Made by a program: the position numbers and the translations under genes. Under the pieces are notes generated by a model that worked only from the letters and a program-made list of their open reading frames with translations, did no database searches and was not told where the DNA came from. A stretch of DNA of 64,000 bases from Aureliella sp. (GTDB lineage: Bacteria > Planctomycetota > Planctomycetia > Pirellulales > Pirellulaceae), in NCBI GenBank assembly GCA_963691875.1, contig OY829846.1, forward strand, positions 3,072,001 through 3,136,000, written 5' to 3'. Below are positions 20,122-30,999 of the stretch, piece after piece. Every line of letters starts with the position of its first letter. Positions within the stretch are counted from its first letter, which is position 1.

Positions 20122-20805
20122 CTATTCGTCAGCCGCTTGTAAGAGGTTGTTTCGATTTCGAACCAGTTTGCGAACAAGATCCGTACCAAGGGCGGCTTGC
20201 AGAGCCGTACCAAGTTCTTGGTCGCGTTGCATTAGATCCTCAATGTAGTTCTTTGGCCAGCGAGCGTATAGGATCGCATCCAGAGCAACGACAGAAGCTG
20301 TGGTGTTTCCGCCTGTGAGAAAACTCATCTCACCAGCAAACTGGCCGGGCTCAATCAGAGCAATTTCGCGTTTCTGAGTGACCACTTTGGCCTGTCCGGA
20401 AAGGAGCAGGATCAAGTGCTCAAGCGGCTGGTCTTCTTCGAGCAGGACCTCGCCAAACTCGATGGTTTGCCATTCTGCAGCATTATTGACGCGTTGAACT
20501 TGGCGTGGTGTAAGGGTGCTTAGCGGGCCATCATGCAACCGCTGCTCGACATCTGACAATTTGACAGGCCGCCGTTCGTAGATCAGCAGCCCAATCTGGA
20601 AAATGTTGATTGCGAGAAAAGCACCTTGCCAACCCAAGGCACCGTACTGGCTGCAAGTCCAGTAGCAAGCTCCAGCCAGCAGCATTGCAAGCACGGTCAA
20701 AGCTCGCAACCAAAGGATGTCGCGGACGGAATAAGAACAAAGATAAATCACATTGGCGACGTGCAAAAACACGCTATCGTCCATCGAATGTGAATGTTCG
20801 TCCAT
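20122..20805 (-). CDS. Popeye-like membrane protein with cyclic-nucleotide-binding domain
   Basis: FLHVANVIYLCSY..DILWLR..W..AFLAINIFQ..YERRPV; cNMP-type LILLLSGQAKV, GQFAGEMSFL. Start at ATG 20805 or 20784. Confidence 0.8.
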   Translation of the reverse strand: MDEHSHSMDDSVFLHVANVIYLCSYSVRDILWLRALTVLAMLLAGACYWTCSQYGALGWQGAFLAINIFQIGLLIYERRPVKLSDVEQRLHDGPLSTLTPRQVQRVNNAAEWQTIEFGEVLLEEDQPLEHLILLLSGQAKVVTQKREIALIEPGQFAGEMSFLTGGNTTASVVALDAILYARWPKNYIEDLMQRDQELGTALQAALGTDLVRKLVRNRNNLLQAADE

Positions 20806-21024
20806 CTTGCCAATTCGCGGGTGTTCTAGCTGAAATCTGCGCCGAAAAGACACTTTTATCCGCCATACTGCCTCTGTAAATTCCCTGCCTTGCCATTTTG
20901 GTGGGTTTTCGAGAATAATCTTGAACTGTTGTCCTTTTGCCCTGGGGATTTGGCAATCTAGCTGCGTTGGCTCCACTCTTCTTCAAGATCGAATCCCATG
21001 ATTGCTCCGAGAACGCGAACAAGG

Positions 21025-23979
21025 ATGAGAACACTCAATTGGACCTTCGTTCTGGTAATGACGGTCCTCATCGCCCGCCCTGTGACAGGGCAAGACTTCG
21101 CGTCTGAGCCAACAGAGTTCGGCAAACCTGCGAATCTGCCGCGACCAAGCGATATGTCGACGAACGAATTCGAGAAGCACCTGTTCGAGTTCGTCAACTC
21201 ACGCGAATACACGAAGCTCGGTTGGATGATCGACAAAGGCGTGCGAGACACCGGCCCTTTCATCAACGGAAAGTACTATGGGACGCATCCAGCTGTCCGC
21301 ATTTTCTACTCTCCCGAAGTTATGGAGTGGCTGGTAGGCGGTCGAAAAGATGCGATTCCTGATGGTGCTGTCATTATCAAAGAGCAGTATCCTGAACCGG
21401 CAATTCGTCACGAAGGAAAATCAGAAGAAGAACTTTGGGCCACACTAAAGTCTTGGACAATCATGGTCAAAGACTCGAAAGGGTCGCACGACGGCTGGTT
21501 CTGGAGCAATCCAGGCAAAGGCCAGAAAGTCGTCAATTACTACGAGTACCCCTTCGAGGAACCTTACTCGGGTTTTGGACTGTATTGCGTTCGTTGCCAC
21601 GCCTCGACCAAGTCCCCCGGCAAAACAAACGAATACACCTTCTCTGCACTTCGAAACATCAAGGGATTTTCAGGAGAACCGCTTCTGTTCCGCGTTGATG
21701 ATTCGTGGCGTCACGGCGAAGAGGAGGCCCCTGAGCCAGACGGGCCTGTCGAACAAGTTGCGGAAGGGGCATCTCTAGAAGAGGAATCTCTTGTTCGACT
21801 TGCGAGTTCACGTGAACTTATTCGCGACTCACATCCTCGCTGTGCAAAAGAAGATTTTCCGACTCAGTGCATTCCGGAGCTAAACGAAACCTTCTTGAAG
21901 TTTTTTCCTCAGGTCACTCAGCAGCAGCGAACGGAACTACAGCACTTCCCCCCAGTCACCTACGACTCGGTGCCACGCGAACCTGCTGGAAAAGAATCGC
22001 CCGAATCACAGCAAGCGTTCCTGACTTCTAACCAATGCATGAGCTGTCATGCGGGGCTGACCGAGCCATTCGGGCCAACGATGTTCATTCCGACCGAGGG
22101 CTCTGCGAGCTATGGCTCACCTGGTCTGCACGTTTCGCCATTTGGAGAATGGCGTTGGACTCCGATGGGATTGGCGGGACGCGATCCAGTATTCTTTGCC
22201 CAGCTCGAGAGTGAACTGGCTCTGCTGAAAAAGAACTACTCGGATAAAAAAGCAAATTCAATAGGCGCGGACTTACAAAAGACCTGTCTCGGCTGTCACG
22301 GCGTGATGGGCAAACGTCAACATGACCTCGACTTTGGGGCAGATGGAACCGATGCATTCAAAATCGCCGACGTGTACAAGCATCAATTGGATCCACATCG
22401 AAAACACTTTGATGAAAGCAAGTATGGTGCACTCGCACGGGATGGTGTTAGCTGTGCTGTGTGCCATCGCATGCAACCGAGGCCACAAGAGCCTGGAGAC
22501 GAACGCGAGTACTTGGAGCATTTCTTAGAAACTTCGATAACCGGTAATTTTCATCTCGGCGAGCCTGGCAAGATGTATGGACCATACAAAGACGAGGAGT
22601 TAGCGCCCTATGTGATGGAACATGCGATGGGCTTTAAGCCGCAGCACAGCGACTACATGAAGTCGTCGCAGATGTGCGGCACTTGTCACACCGTCAATTT
22701 GCCGATCGTGGATTGGGAAAAGAAACCCGGCGAGGAGTACAACGACTTGGAGCGCGCGGAGTGGAATCCAAACTTGAAGGACTTTCACCATCACGTCGAA
22801 CAAGCCACCTACTTAGAATGGTTGAACAGCGAGTTCGAGAACGAAATCAACGCAGAGAACAAACGTGGTAAGTCTTGCCAAGACTGCCATATGTCGAAGG
22901 GTATCCAAGACCCAGAATCTGGAATCGCCATTGAGCAACTCGAAACTCGGATCGCGGTGATTCAAGACAGCTCTTATCCCGATGCCGAAAATCTGGTTGA
23001 ACACAAAGAGCTCGACGTTCGCCACCGCAAAGAGTATTCGCGGCACAACTTCCGCGGCTTGAACTTGTTCATGCTGGAGATGCACAATCAGTTCGATGAC
23101 GTACTGGGCGTTCGCAAGCACGATTACATGACAGGCTCCAAAACCGACATTCAGCAAGCCACCAACGACTTCGTGCGGCAGGCTAGCCAGGAAACGGCTG
23201 AGCTGGATCTTTCGGCTCGGTGGAATGCCAAAGGACAACTGCAAGCGACGCTTGATATCGACAGTCTTGCTGGTCATCGTTTTCCATCCGGCGTTGGTTT
23301 TCGAAGAGCATTCGTCGAGTTCCTGGTCATCGATGAATCGCGTCCTGTGGAAGATCAGGTTGTATGGTCATCGGGAAGAACCAATGAGATCGGCGTGATC
23401 GTGGATCATTCGGGTAAGCCGCTACCATCGGAGTTCTTTGATTGTGACGCTCGCGGGCAAGAACAGTACCAGCCACACCACGAGGTGATTAGCTCAGATC
23501 GGCAAGTCCAGATCTACGAAACTTTGCTGCACAATCGTAGTGGCGAGTTTACGACCAGTTTCATTCATGGCTGCACGATCATCAAAGACAATCGCTTCTT
23601 GCCGCGTGGTTGGAGCAAGAAAGGCCCTGGCGGTGGACTCAAAGGTCACTTTCTCAGTGCCACCTACCCTGGACCGGTCGCGGCCAAGGACCGGCGTTAT
23701 CAAGATGGCAGCGGGAGCGACTCCCTTGAATACCAAGTGGATCTAGGACCCGCAGTCAATCGAAATACCATTCGCGTCGAGGCAACCTTGTATTACCAAG
23801 CGATGCCACCGTATTTCCTGAAAAACATCTTTGACCTATCCCCAGATGGTGATGCGACTCAACGTCTGCACTACATCTGCAGCAACATGAAACTCAAGGG
23901 CACTCCCATCGAGAACTGGAAACTAAAAGTCGTTGGTGCCAGCGCGAAAGTCGACGTCAAGGAAGCTCCCAATCCATAG
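21025..23979 (+). CDS. Secreted hexaheme c-type cytochrome with N-terminal cytochrome P460-like domain
   Basis: Six CxxCH (CVRCH, CMSCH, CLGCH, CAVCH, CGTCH, CQDCH); PDGAVIIKE..MVKDS..DGWFW..CVRCH; GHRFPSG; signal peptide. Confidence 0.85.
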   Translation: MRTLNWTFVLVMTVLIARPVTGQDFASEPTEFGKPANLPRPSDMSTNEFEKHLFEFVNSREYTKLGWMIDKGVRDTGPFINGKYYGTHPAVRIFYSPEVMEWLVGGRKDAIPDGAVIIKEQYPEPAIRHEGKSEEELWATLKSWTIMVKDSKGSHDGWFWSNPGKGQKVVNYYEYPFEEPYSGFGLYCVRCHASTKSPGKTNEYTFSALRNIKGFSGEPLLFRVDDSWRHGEEEAPEPDGPVEQVAEGASLEEESLVRLASSRELIRDSHPRCAKEDFPTQCIPELNETFLKFFPQVTQQQRTELQHFPPVTYDSVPREPAGKESPESQQAFLTSNQCMSCHAGLTEPFGPTMFIPTEGSASYGSPGLHVSPFGEWRWTPMGLAGRDPVFFAQLESELALLKKNYSDKKANSIGADLQKTCLGCHGVMGKRQHDLDFGADGTDAFKIADVYKHQLDPHRKHFDESKYGALARDGVSCAVCHRMQPRPQEPGDEREYLEHFLETSITGNFHLGEPGKMYGPYKDEELAPYVMEHAMGFKPQHSDYMKSSQMCGTCHTVNLPIVDWEKKPGEEYNDLERAEWNPNLKDFHHHVEQATYLEWLNSEFENEINAENKRGKSCQDCHMSKGIQDPESGIAIEQLETRIAVIQDSSYPDAENLVEHKELDVRHRKEYSRHNFRGLNLFMLEMHNQFDDVLGVRKHDYMTGSKTDIQQATNDFVRQASQETAELDLSARWNAKGQLQATLDIDSLAGHRFPSGVGFRRAFVEFLVIDESRPVEDQVVWSSGRTNEIGVIVDHSGKPLPSEFFDCDARGQEQYQPHHEVISSDRQVQIYETLLHNRSGEFTTSFIHGCTIIKDNRFLPRGWSKKGPGGGLKGHFLSATYPGPVAAKDRRYQDGSGSDSLEYQVDLGPAVNRNTIRVEATLYYQAMPPYFLKNIFDLSPDGDATQRLHYICSNMKLKGTPIENWKLKVVGASAKVDVKEAPNP

Positions 23980-24008
23980 CGGGAAAAGTGCGAACTGCCG
24001 GTTCAATA

Positions 24009-24031
24009 GTAGTGGGATTCGCCAGAATTTC
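24009..24031 (+). repeat. GTAG-type REP-like repeat copy (GTAGTGGGATTCGCCAGAATTTC)
   Basis: Matches 5111-5132 (reverse strand); lies between convergent genes. Confidence 0.6.
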
Positions 24032-24162
24032 TCCTCTCTGCCCATAGTAGAACCTTTTAGTTCGAGTCGCGATGATGCGAGATAGCCGCGATACGCGTAG
24101 TACGCACTCGCACAAAGCTCGACGCTAGCTCATTCGGCTTCGAGCCGCGGCGAGGCAGTTCC

Positions 24163-24960
24163 TCAGGGCAACGCATTGTTCGATTCGTCTCCCGCTGATT
24201 TCGTCACCAGGGACCGAATCGATGCTCGGTCCAATGAAGATCTCACGAACAAGCAAGAACCGTCCGCGAGACAACAATTTGCGCCGCCTTCGTGCTGGGG
24301 CTTGAATTCTGCGGCAAGATAAGTCTGCATGTCGATGTCGTTAGGACTCATCCAAGGCACTACGAGCTCCGCATCGACTTCCACGATCAGCAAGGTAGTG
24401 CTTGTTCCATCTTGAATCTGCGCCATCTTCGTCGCGTTACTCCCATTGAAGATACCAGATGGATCGTCAACGACTACATAGGTACTTGAACCTGGTGGGA
24501 CTGCTGGGGGACCTCCGCACGAAGGGCAATTGAACACCGGGATATCCAGACTATCGAATTTCGCATTAACTGGATGATCCCAGGGCTTGGACAGATCAAT
24601 CTTGTCATACAGCGGCTGCTGCTCGATGAATGGAAGGATCAAGGTTCTCCAGCTGTGCAAGCGGTTTCCCTTCGCGTCCACGGTGTAAGCCGGAGGAAAA
24701 CTACCATAGAAACGTTCGTAATTGTGCATCGCAAACGCAAGTTGCTTTAAGTTGTTCGAGCACTTCATTCGACGCGCGGCGCCACGAGGAGAAGACTCAC
24801 CCGGCATAAGCAGGCCAGCGATGATGACGATGATGAATATCACAACGGCAAGTTCGACCAAGTAAAACGATCTCTTCGATCCCCGCTCCAAAGGAAGTGC
24901 CTCTGAATCAACGGACTCCGCTGCGTAAGACTCGCTCACAGAAAAAGGGTTTTCACTCAT
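24163..24960 (-). CDS. DUF1559 pilin-like protein (H-X9-DG C-terminus)
   Basis: FYLVELAVVI, AARRMKCSNNLKQL, HSWRTLILPFIEQ, HEGGANCCLADGS. Confidence 0.9.
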   Translation of the reverse strand: MSENPFSVSESYAAESVDSEALPLERGSKRSFYLVELAVVIFIIVIIAGLLMPGESSPRGAARRMKCSNNLKQLAFAMHNYERFYGSFPPAYTVDAKGNRLHSWRTLILPFIEQQPLYDKIDLSKPWDHPVNAKFDSLDIPVFNCPSCGGPPAVPPGSSTYVVVDDPSGIFNGSNATKMAQIQDGTSTTLLIVEVDAELVVPWMSPNDIDMQTYLAAEFKPQHEGGANCCLADGSCLFVRSSLDRASIRSLVTKSAGDESNNALP

Positions 24961-25014
24961 CACGCACCTCGTTCCAAGCAACCAATCTGGCTCGAATAAT
25001 ATTGCTACGTAACG

Positions 25015-25908
25015 CTAAGGCTTTAGCCAGCGCAGCATGGTGTCGGTAACTTTCGCGGCAGCATCTTGCTGCACAAAGTGTCCTGCGCCGGGTAGAGTAA
25101 CGAGCGTCAAATCACTTTCGAGCCAGAGCCAGGTGTCATTCAGTGCTCCGGGCAGCAGCGCAGTGTCCTCGAGGCCGTGGATCATCAGCACTGAACATTT
25201 GACCTTGTCCGCCTCGGCCTGTTCTTCATAGGGCTCGCGTGGGTAGTTGGCCTTGTAGTAGTTCAGCATGCTTTCGAAGGAAGAACGCTTGAAAGCCTCA
25301 ACATACTTTTTCTTTGCATCAGCATCTTTGACCCAGAAAGAGATTCCTTCGGCAGTGAGAGTTTTGGCCGCTTCGGGCTGCTGAAAACGCCGAGCGTAGG
25401 CCGAAGCTTTTTGTTGGTCAGGATTGTTTGCTAGCTCACGTGTCAGGCCATTGAAATGCGGCAAGTTCAGGATCACCAAGCGTTCAAGCATTTCTGGATA
25501 GCGCATTGCAAAATCCCAAGCGACGGCTCCGCCCCAATCGTGACCGACCACCGTAGCCTTCTTCTTCCCAAAGTGCTCGATGACTGCCTTGACGTCTGCC
25601 GCCAACTTCGGCAATGCATAATTCTCCACGCCCTCAGGTTGCGAGCTTTTGTTATAACCACGCTGGTCGATGGCTACAACTTGAAAGTGCTTTGACAAGG
25701 CGGGGATCTGCTCTCGCCACGTGTACCAGTAGTCCGGAAAGCCATGAATCATGATGACCAGAGGGCCTTCACCAGCGGTCACATAGTGGATTTTGACATC
25801 GCCTGACTTGGCGAATCCATGCTCACCAAGCTCATCGGCACGTAAAACCGGCAATGAGAATAGCAAACAAGCAAGAATAGATAGAATTGTTCGGCGTCGA
25901 AAAATCAT
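25015..25908 (-). CDS. Alpha/beta hydrolase, epoxide hydrolase-like, secreted
   Basis: [31 protein letters not shown]. Confidence 0.9.
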   Translation of the reverse strand: MIFRRRTILSILACLLFSLPVLRADELGEHGFAKSGDVKIHYVTAGEGPLVIMIHGFPDYWYTWREQIPALSKHFQVVAIDQRGYNKSSQPEGVENYALPKLAADVKAVIEHFGKKKATVVGHDWGGAVAWDFAMRYPEMLERLVILNLPHFNGLTRELANNPDQQKASAYARRFQQPEAAKTLTAEGISFWVKDADAKKKYVEAFKRSSFESMLNYYKANYPREPYEEQAEADKVKCSVLMIHGLEDTALLPGALNDTWLWLESDLTLVTLPGAGHFVQQDAAAKVTDTMLRWLKP

Positions 25909-26957
25909 AGGTTCAGACTCACAATTGGGACAGCGAGGACAAGCAACATGAGTTTAACGAAGTTACCCTTGGCTGAGTAAGAAATGCAGGAAATGCCAGA
26001 CCAAGACTTGGATTCAATACCTGAAGCGGGACTTCAGCTGCTCGAATCTACCGAATTGAATGGCTCAATGTGCGTAGAGGCAACTGACGCGATCGTTCAG
26101 TATGCGGAGGCGAAGACTCGTGCCACATTGTTTCTTGAGCCAAACGAATCGACAGACTCATCATGAATGCGGTAGGGAGTTTGTTAGACACTCTTGACCC
26201 ACAACTGTCGATTTCAAAGTTAGCCTGGGTACTGGGGCAACTCATTGCCCCGAAGCTGGAGGAGCGATTTTAAGGTATCTCGCTCACTGTCGAGATGAGG
26301 CTCAGAATTATCATGCGGGAATTCACAATATGCTCATTGTCTTGAACCACCGGACATATAAATCTCGATATGCATCTGTGTATCAGATTAAAGAGAATCT
26401 CCGACCTGTGGAGGAATACCTTGATATGAACTACCGCAAATCAGGTTCTGAAGTCATTGGTTAATGACGGAAATCAATCACTGCTTTACTGAAATCTTTT
26501 CCCAACGGCCAAAACGCGATGGCAATCCGGATTCAGGCATGTCCTGAGCCTACTCACGATTGGTACTCACGTGTGTAAGGGCCCGGTATTGGAACGCCAA
26601 GCGACGAAGGACATTGAATTTACAAGAACGATCGCGTATCTCATTGGCGAGGAATTTCTTTGATCAGAACGTTATCAACCGGGCAGCGTGTGAACTGCCA
26701 AAAATCTCAAATTGCTCAAGTTCTAGACGCCGGTATGGCCTGATGCATTGATGCTTGAAGTTAACGAGCGAGGTGTGGCCACAAATCGTTGAGGCAAGCC
26801 GGTCTAGCTCTCGAGCGTGCGAAACCACATGGTGACCGGAGCTCAAGAGCTGGAGCTAAAAGTGGAGTTAGAAGAACCTTTCGGTGTCGTCAACAGCGTT
26901 TCGTACGATAAAAGTTTCATCCGGGAAGGACGCAGCCAGGACCAGCAGTTCCAGCGA

Positions 26958-28151
26958 TTACAGGGACCAGTGAGCCTGTCGTAGCACCGCATGGGAAGAG
27001 CCTTGAAGCTTTTCGTACCATACTGTCAAAAGGCTCTCGTCATTTAGTTGCACCGTGCTGGGATAGCCCAAGTCACCGCTGGTTGCATCAGCTGAAATTG
27101 CAATCGCTTCGTTCCAGCTCTTGCCTTCGTCTTCACTGATTCGAGCCTGATTGCCAAGCGGGGCTCGCCGGTGACCGTAGCTCATCAAGAGTCTTCCGTC
27201 TCGGAGCCTCAACAGAAACGAAGGCAGTCCCCAGACGCCGATGGACTGAGGCACACTCCAAGTCTTGCCGCCGTCGCTCGATTCAGCCTGAAGTGTTTCG
27301 CGATCATTCTTCGGATTTTGATTGCGAATATGGACGACGATCTTGCCGCTAGGTGCCTCCACCGCATGCAGCTCGTGGTACTCGGCACTCGAATCGCCTT
27401 CACGCACCGGAATATCTGCTAGCCACTGCCAGCTCTGGCCATCGTCGGTGGATTGGCAGACACCGACCCGCTTTTCGCCCGTCCACAGTTCCTTTCCCGC
27501 ATAGAGCAGACGGCCATCAGAAAGTTGGATCGGCCCATGCGGACTGTTGACGATGCTGGAGTAACGCTCGGACCATGTGGTTCCGCCATCCGTGGAACGA
27601 ATCATCCATTGCCCGAGTTCTTTACTGCGCTGCGCATCGGTGATCCGATTGTGGACACTCATCCAGCGGCTCATCTTTTCGGCAGACCATGCTCCCTCCG
27701 AACCCGCCGCACGCTGGCTGGCGGCTTTCAATGTGTAGTGCCAGTATGCGTCTGACGTAAAAGTGGTCGCAAGCAAAGCTCCGCTAGCCGTTTCCACAAT
27801 TCCCGCATCGCGATCATCCATCGGGCCATCAAGCAGTGTTCGCGGCCAAGTCCAGGTCTTGCCGTTGTCCGTCGATCGCATCATGTCGACACGACCAAAG
27901 GGACAAACGTGCGCTTCTCGACCGCCTGACCAAACGACAAACAGCTCGCCATTCTTGCGTCGAGTCACCGTGGGCCAGCCGCAGTAAAGATGAGGTGTTT
28001 TACTGATCACGCTGAACTCGACCTGTGAAGGTTTCCTCAGCGTGCTATGGCTTGCGGCACGGCCATGGCGAGAAAGCCAGACGGTAGATGTGCTCGCGAC
28101 GCCAGTAGCGAGTGCACTTCGACGCGATATCGTTTTTGAAAGGTTAGACAT
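26958..28151 (-). CDS. Sialidase-family (BNR/Asp-box) protein with Tat signal
   Basis: SRRSAL twin-arginine; Asp boxes STDNGKTW, STDGGTTW, STDDGQSW, SSDGGKTW, SEDEGKSW; DLGYPS. Confidence 0.88.
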   Translation of the reverse strand: MSNLSKTISRRSALATGVASTSTVWLSRHGRAASHSTLRKPSQVEFSVISKTPHLYCGWPTVTRRKNGELFVVWSGGREAHVCPFGRVDMMRSTDNGKTWTWPRTLLDGPMDDRDAGIVETASGALLATTFTSDAYWHYTLKAASQRAAGSEGAWSAEKMSRWMSVHNRITDAQRSKELGQWMIRSTDGGTTWSERYSSIVNSPHGPIQLSDGRLLYAGKELWTGEKRVGVCQSTDDGQSWQWLADIPVREGDSSAEYHELHAVEAPSGKIVVHIRNQNPKNDRETLQAESSDGGKTWSVPQSIGVWGLPSFLLRLRDGRLLMSYGHRRAPLGNQARISEDEGKSWNEAIAISADATSGDLGYPSTVQLNDESLLTVWYEKLQGSSHAVLRQAHWSL

Positions 28152-28288
28152 GACGAACTCGGTTGGGTGGGATGGCTAGCAGGGTGGTCAAGTTGACGAG
28201 ATCATTTTAAGGTTTCTGCTCTTTGCATTTATTCCTGCGCTCCATTTCCAGCGACTATTTTTCTTTTTCTGCTTCGCCAGAGCCTGAC

Positions 28289-29770
28289 ATGAATACGGAC
28301 AAACGCAGTGACGACAATCTAGAATTGCTCAGGAAGGCCTACGATCCCGAGGCTTTTCGAGAGCAAGGTCATAAGCTGGTTGACCAGCTAGCCGATCACC
28401 TTGCCGACAGCCTGAACGGCGAGCATAAGCAAACCATCCCGTGGCAAGAACCGGAGGAATCCGTTGCCTTTTGGCGAGACTTTGCTGCGGGCTCGGCCGC
28501 CACGACCGAAACCTTTGCACAAGAATTTCTATCACGCAGCGTGCGGATCAGCGATCCGCGATTTCTCGGGCATCAGATATGTGAACCGGTTCCGACAGCA
28601 CAGCTTGCCTCATTGGCAGTGGAAATGCTTAACAACGGTTCTGGGGTCTATGAAATGGGCATGGCTGGGACAGGCATGGAGAAGTATGTCGTGAGGCAAG
28701 TTGCGGAAGCCTTTGGTTTCTCCGACGCGGCCGACGGATTCATGACTAGCGGCGGAACACTCGCCAACTTAACAGCCATGCTTGCCGCAAGAGCGGCTCG
28801 AGGGAACGGCGAGGATTGGCAAGTAGGAACGGCATGCAGCAAGTATTCAATTCTGGTTTCCGACCAAGCTCACTACTGTGTAGATCGGGCCATTCGCATC
28901 ATGGGTTGGGGCAACGACGGCTTGATCCTGGTGCCGACGAACGATCGATTTCAAATGCGTACGGAGTTACTTCCCGATCTACTTGCGCAAGCCAAAGCTG
29001 AGGGACGACAAGTCCTAGGAGTCGTCGGCAGTGCTTGCTCCACTTCTACTGGCTCCTTTGACGACCTGCAAGCGATCGGACAATTCTGTCAGGCCAACGC
29101 TCTATGGTTTCACGTCGACGGAGCGCACGGCGCGGCCTTGGCCTTTTCCAAGACTCATCGACGGAAACTCGCTGGTATCGAGTTGGCAGACAGTGTTGTT
29201 ATCGATTTTCACAAGATGATGATGACTCCGGTGCTAAGCAGCGCTTTGGTATTCCGCAAAGGAGAAGACAGCTTTCGAGCATTCAGCATCGAAGCCGAGT
29301 ATTTGTTTGCGCGTGACGCGGGACAGCTGGACCACTTCAATCTTGCACGCCGCACCTTCGAATGCACGAAAAGTGTCTTGTCGGCCCGAGTGTACAGCAC
29401 TTTTGCGATACAAGGCACGAAGCTTTTCGAAGCTAACATCGACAGGCTACATCAGTTGACCGAGCAGTTTGCAGCGATGGTGGAATTGCACCCTCATTTT
29501 GAACTCTGCGTTGAGCCCGAAACTAATATCGTCTGCTTCCGATACGCAGGCCCAAGTGCTGAGCCTTCTCACTCCGAGTGCAACGATCGACTCCGAGATG
29601 AGTTGATCCGTGAAGGCGAGTATTACATCGTCAAAACGAAGCTCCACGGAGAGACGTGGCTGCGATGTACTGTTGCGAATCCGTTTACGGCCGAAGAAGA
29701 ACTCAATGGACTGCTGAAGAGGTTGGTGGAGCTTGCGATTACTCCACACCACGAAAAACTCGACCACTAA
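28289..29770 (+). CDS. PLP-dependent group II decarboxylase (DABA/aromatic amino acid decarboxylase-like)
   Basis: TSGGTLANL, AHYCV, WFHVDGAHG, DSVVIDFHK (PLP lysine). Confidence 0.9.
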   Translation: MNTDKRSDDNLELLRKAYDPEAFREQGHKLVDQLADHLADSLNGEHKQTIPWQEPEESVAFWRDFAAGSAATTETFAQEFLSRSVRISDPRFLGHQICEPVPTAQLASLAVEMLNNGSGVYEMGMAGTGMEKYVVRQVAEAFGFSDAADGFMTSGGTLANLTAMLAARAARGNGEDWQVGTACSKYSILVSDQAHYCVDRAIRIMGWGNDGLILVPTNDRFQMRTELLPDLLAQAKAEGRQVLGVVGSACSTSTGSFDDLQAIGQFCQANALWFHVDGAHGAALAFSKTHRRKLAGIELADSVVIDFHKMMMTPVLSSALVFRKGEDSFRAFSIEAEYLFARDAGQLDHFNLARRTFECTKSVLSARVYSTFAIQGTKLFEANIDRLHQLTEQFAAMVELHPHFELCVEPETNIVCFRYAGPSAEPSHSECNDRLRDELIREGEYYIVKTKLHGETWLRCTVANPFTAEEELNGLLKRLVELAITPHHEKLDH

Positions 29771-29809
29771 GACCAGACCACACGAACCGTCGATCCGAGA
29801 ACTAGATTT

Positions 29810-29856
29810 GGTAGGGCGGACGCCGTCGATGTCGAGTCCACTTGATCCGCCATACC
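29810..29856. repeat. Inverted repeat GGTAGGGCGGA...TCCGCCATACC (REP-like or terminator)
   Basis: 11-bp arms with one mismatch between convergent genes. Confidence 0.45.
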
Positions 29857-29999
29857 TTATTCGTTGACATTGTCAGAGCCTGACAAACTCCTCGAATGCG
29901 TTTCCTTTAGACTGATCTTAGAAACTTATAGACCTAAAGCCCACTTTCGTTGCGAGAATTAAGTGGAGGGCATCGAGCAGTGTCCCGACGCACCAAGCA

Positions 30000-30752
30000 C
30001 TAGCGATTACCAATGTATATCGTAGCGACCCCGAGTGTTAGCGGATTTACTGAAACGTCTTTCAAGCCTGCCGCCTCCATGCGGTCGGCGAAAGCTTGTC
30101 CACACGGAAACTCAGCGACACTGTTAGGCAAGTATTCATAGGCTTCTCGATTATTTTTCGCAAAGGTTTGCCCCACACGTGGGAGTACATGCTTGAAATA
30201 ACCTTGGTAGAGCTGCCGAAGTCCTGGCACGGTAGGCTTGGAAAATTCGAGCACGCATACCTGACCCCCAGGAGCGCACACACGCGTCATCTCCCGAATC
30301 CCTTGATCCGTGTCCTGCACATTCCGGAGACCGAAAGCTACTGTCACAGCCTGAAATCTCTCGTCCTCGAAGGGCAGGTTTTGTGAGTCGGCTTCTAAAA
30401 ATTCAACCGGATGATCAAACCGAGAACGCTCATGCTTGTCACGAGCACGTTGTAGCATCGGGGCACAAAAGTCTGTCCCAATCACGTTGACACGTCCGTC
30501 AACCTTTTTGGCCAGCATCAGTGCCAAATCTCCTGTGCCAGTGCAACAGTCAAGAATCGGCTGATCCTGATCGAGACGGAGTAGTGAAAGAACTCGCTTT
30601 CGCCAGGTAATGTCGATTCCTAGCGAGAGCACGTGGTTCATCAGGTCGTACCGAGGTGCAATCTGCGCGAACATGTCCCGCACGCGCTCTCCACTTTTAT
30701 CTATTCCACTCACTGGCGCCGCTATGTTCGAGATAATGTTCGGATCTGGCAT
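30000..30752 (-). CDS. ubiE: UbiE/MenG demethylmenaquinone methyltransferase
   Basis: [45 protein letters not shown]. Confidence 0.93.
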   Translation of the reverse strand: MPDPNIISNIAAPVSGIDKSGERVRDMFAQIAPRYDLMNHVLSLGIDITWRKRVLSLLRLDQDQPILDCCTGTGDLALMLAKKVDGRVNVIGTDFCAPMLQRARDKHERSRFDHPVEFLEADSQNLPFEDERFQAVTVAFGLRNVQDTDQGIREMTRVCAPGGQVCVLEFSKPTVPGLRQLYQGYFKHVLPRVGQTFAKNNREAYEYLPNSVAEFPCGQAFADRMEAAGLKDVSVNPLTLGVATIYIGNR

Positions 30753-30969
30753 GCGTATAATATTCCTGACCCACGGCGGATGATAGGTGGTAGCTGCTGC
30801 GCGTTATCGAAAGCTGGAACTCACCGGCATCTCAATTACCGCAACGCGTTCGCTCAGACAACAATTCCCGTGCCCTGGAGAGCTAGCATGGCTCACCGAG
30901 AGGCTTTGTTGCGGATCTACAGGAAAGCCAACTGTTATCTGAGGCACCAGCTTAGTGTTTGCCTATTTC

Positions 30970-30999
30970 TTGACAAGATTTGCTTAAAACAAGTAGTTT
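30970..30999 (+). promoter_or_regulatory. Possible sigma-70 promoter upstream of the kinase-Hsp70 gene
   Basis: TTGACA-18 nt-TAGTTT in an AT-rich intergenic stretch. Confidence 0.3.

Noticed and set aside
20806..20976. N-terminal extension of the Popeye-like ORF
   Set aside because: Family similarity starts at MDDSVFLH; the extension covers the divergent promoter region
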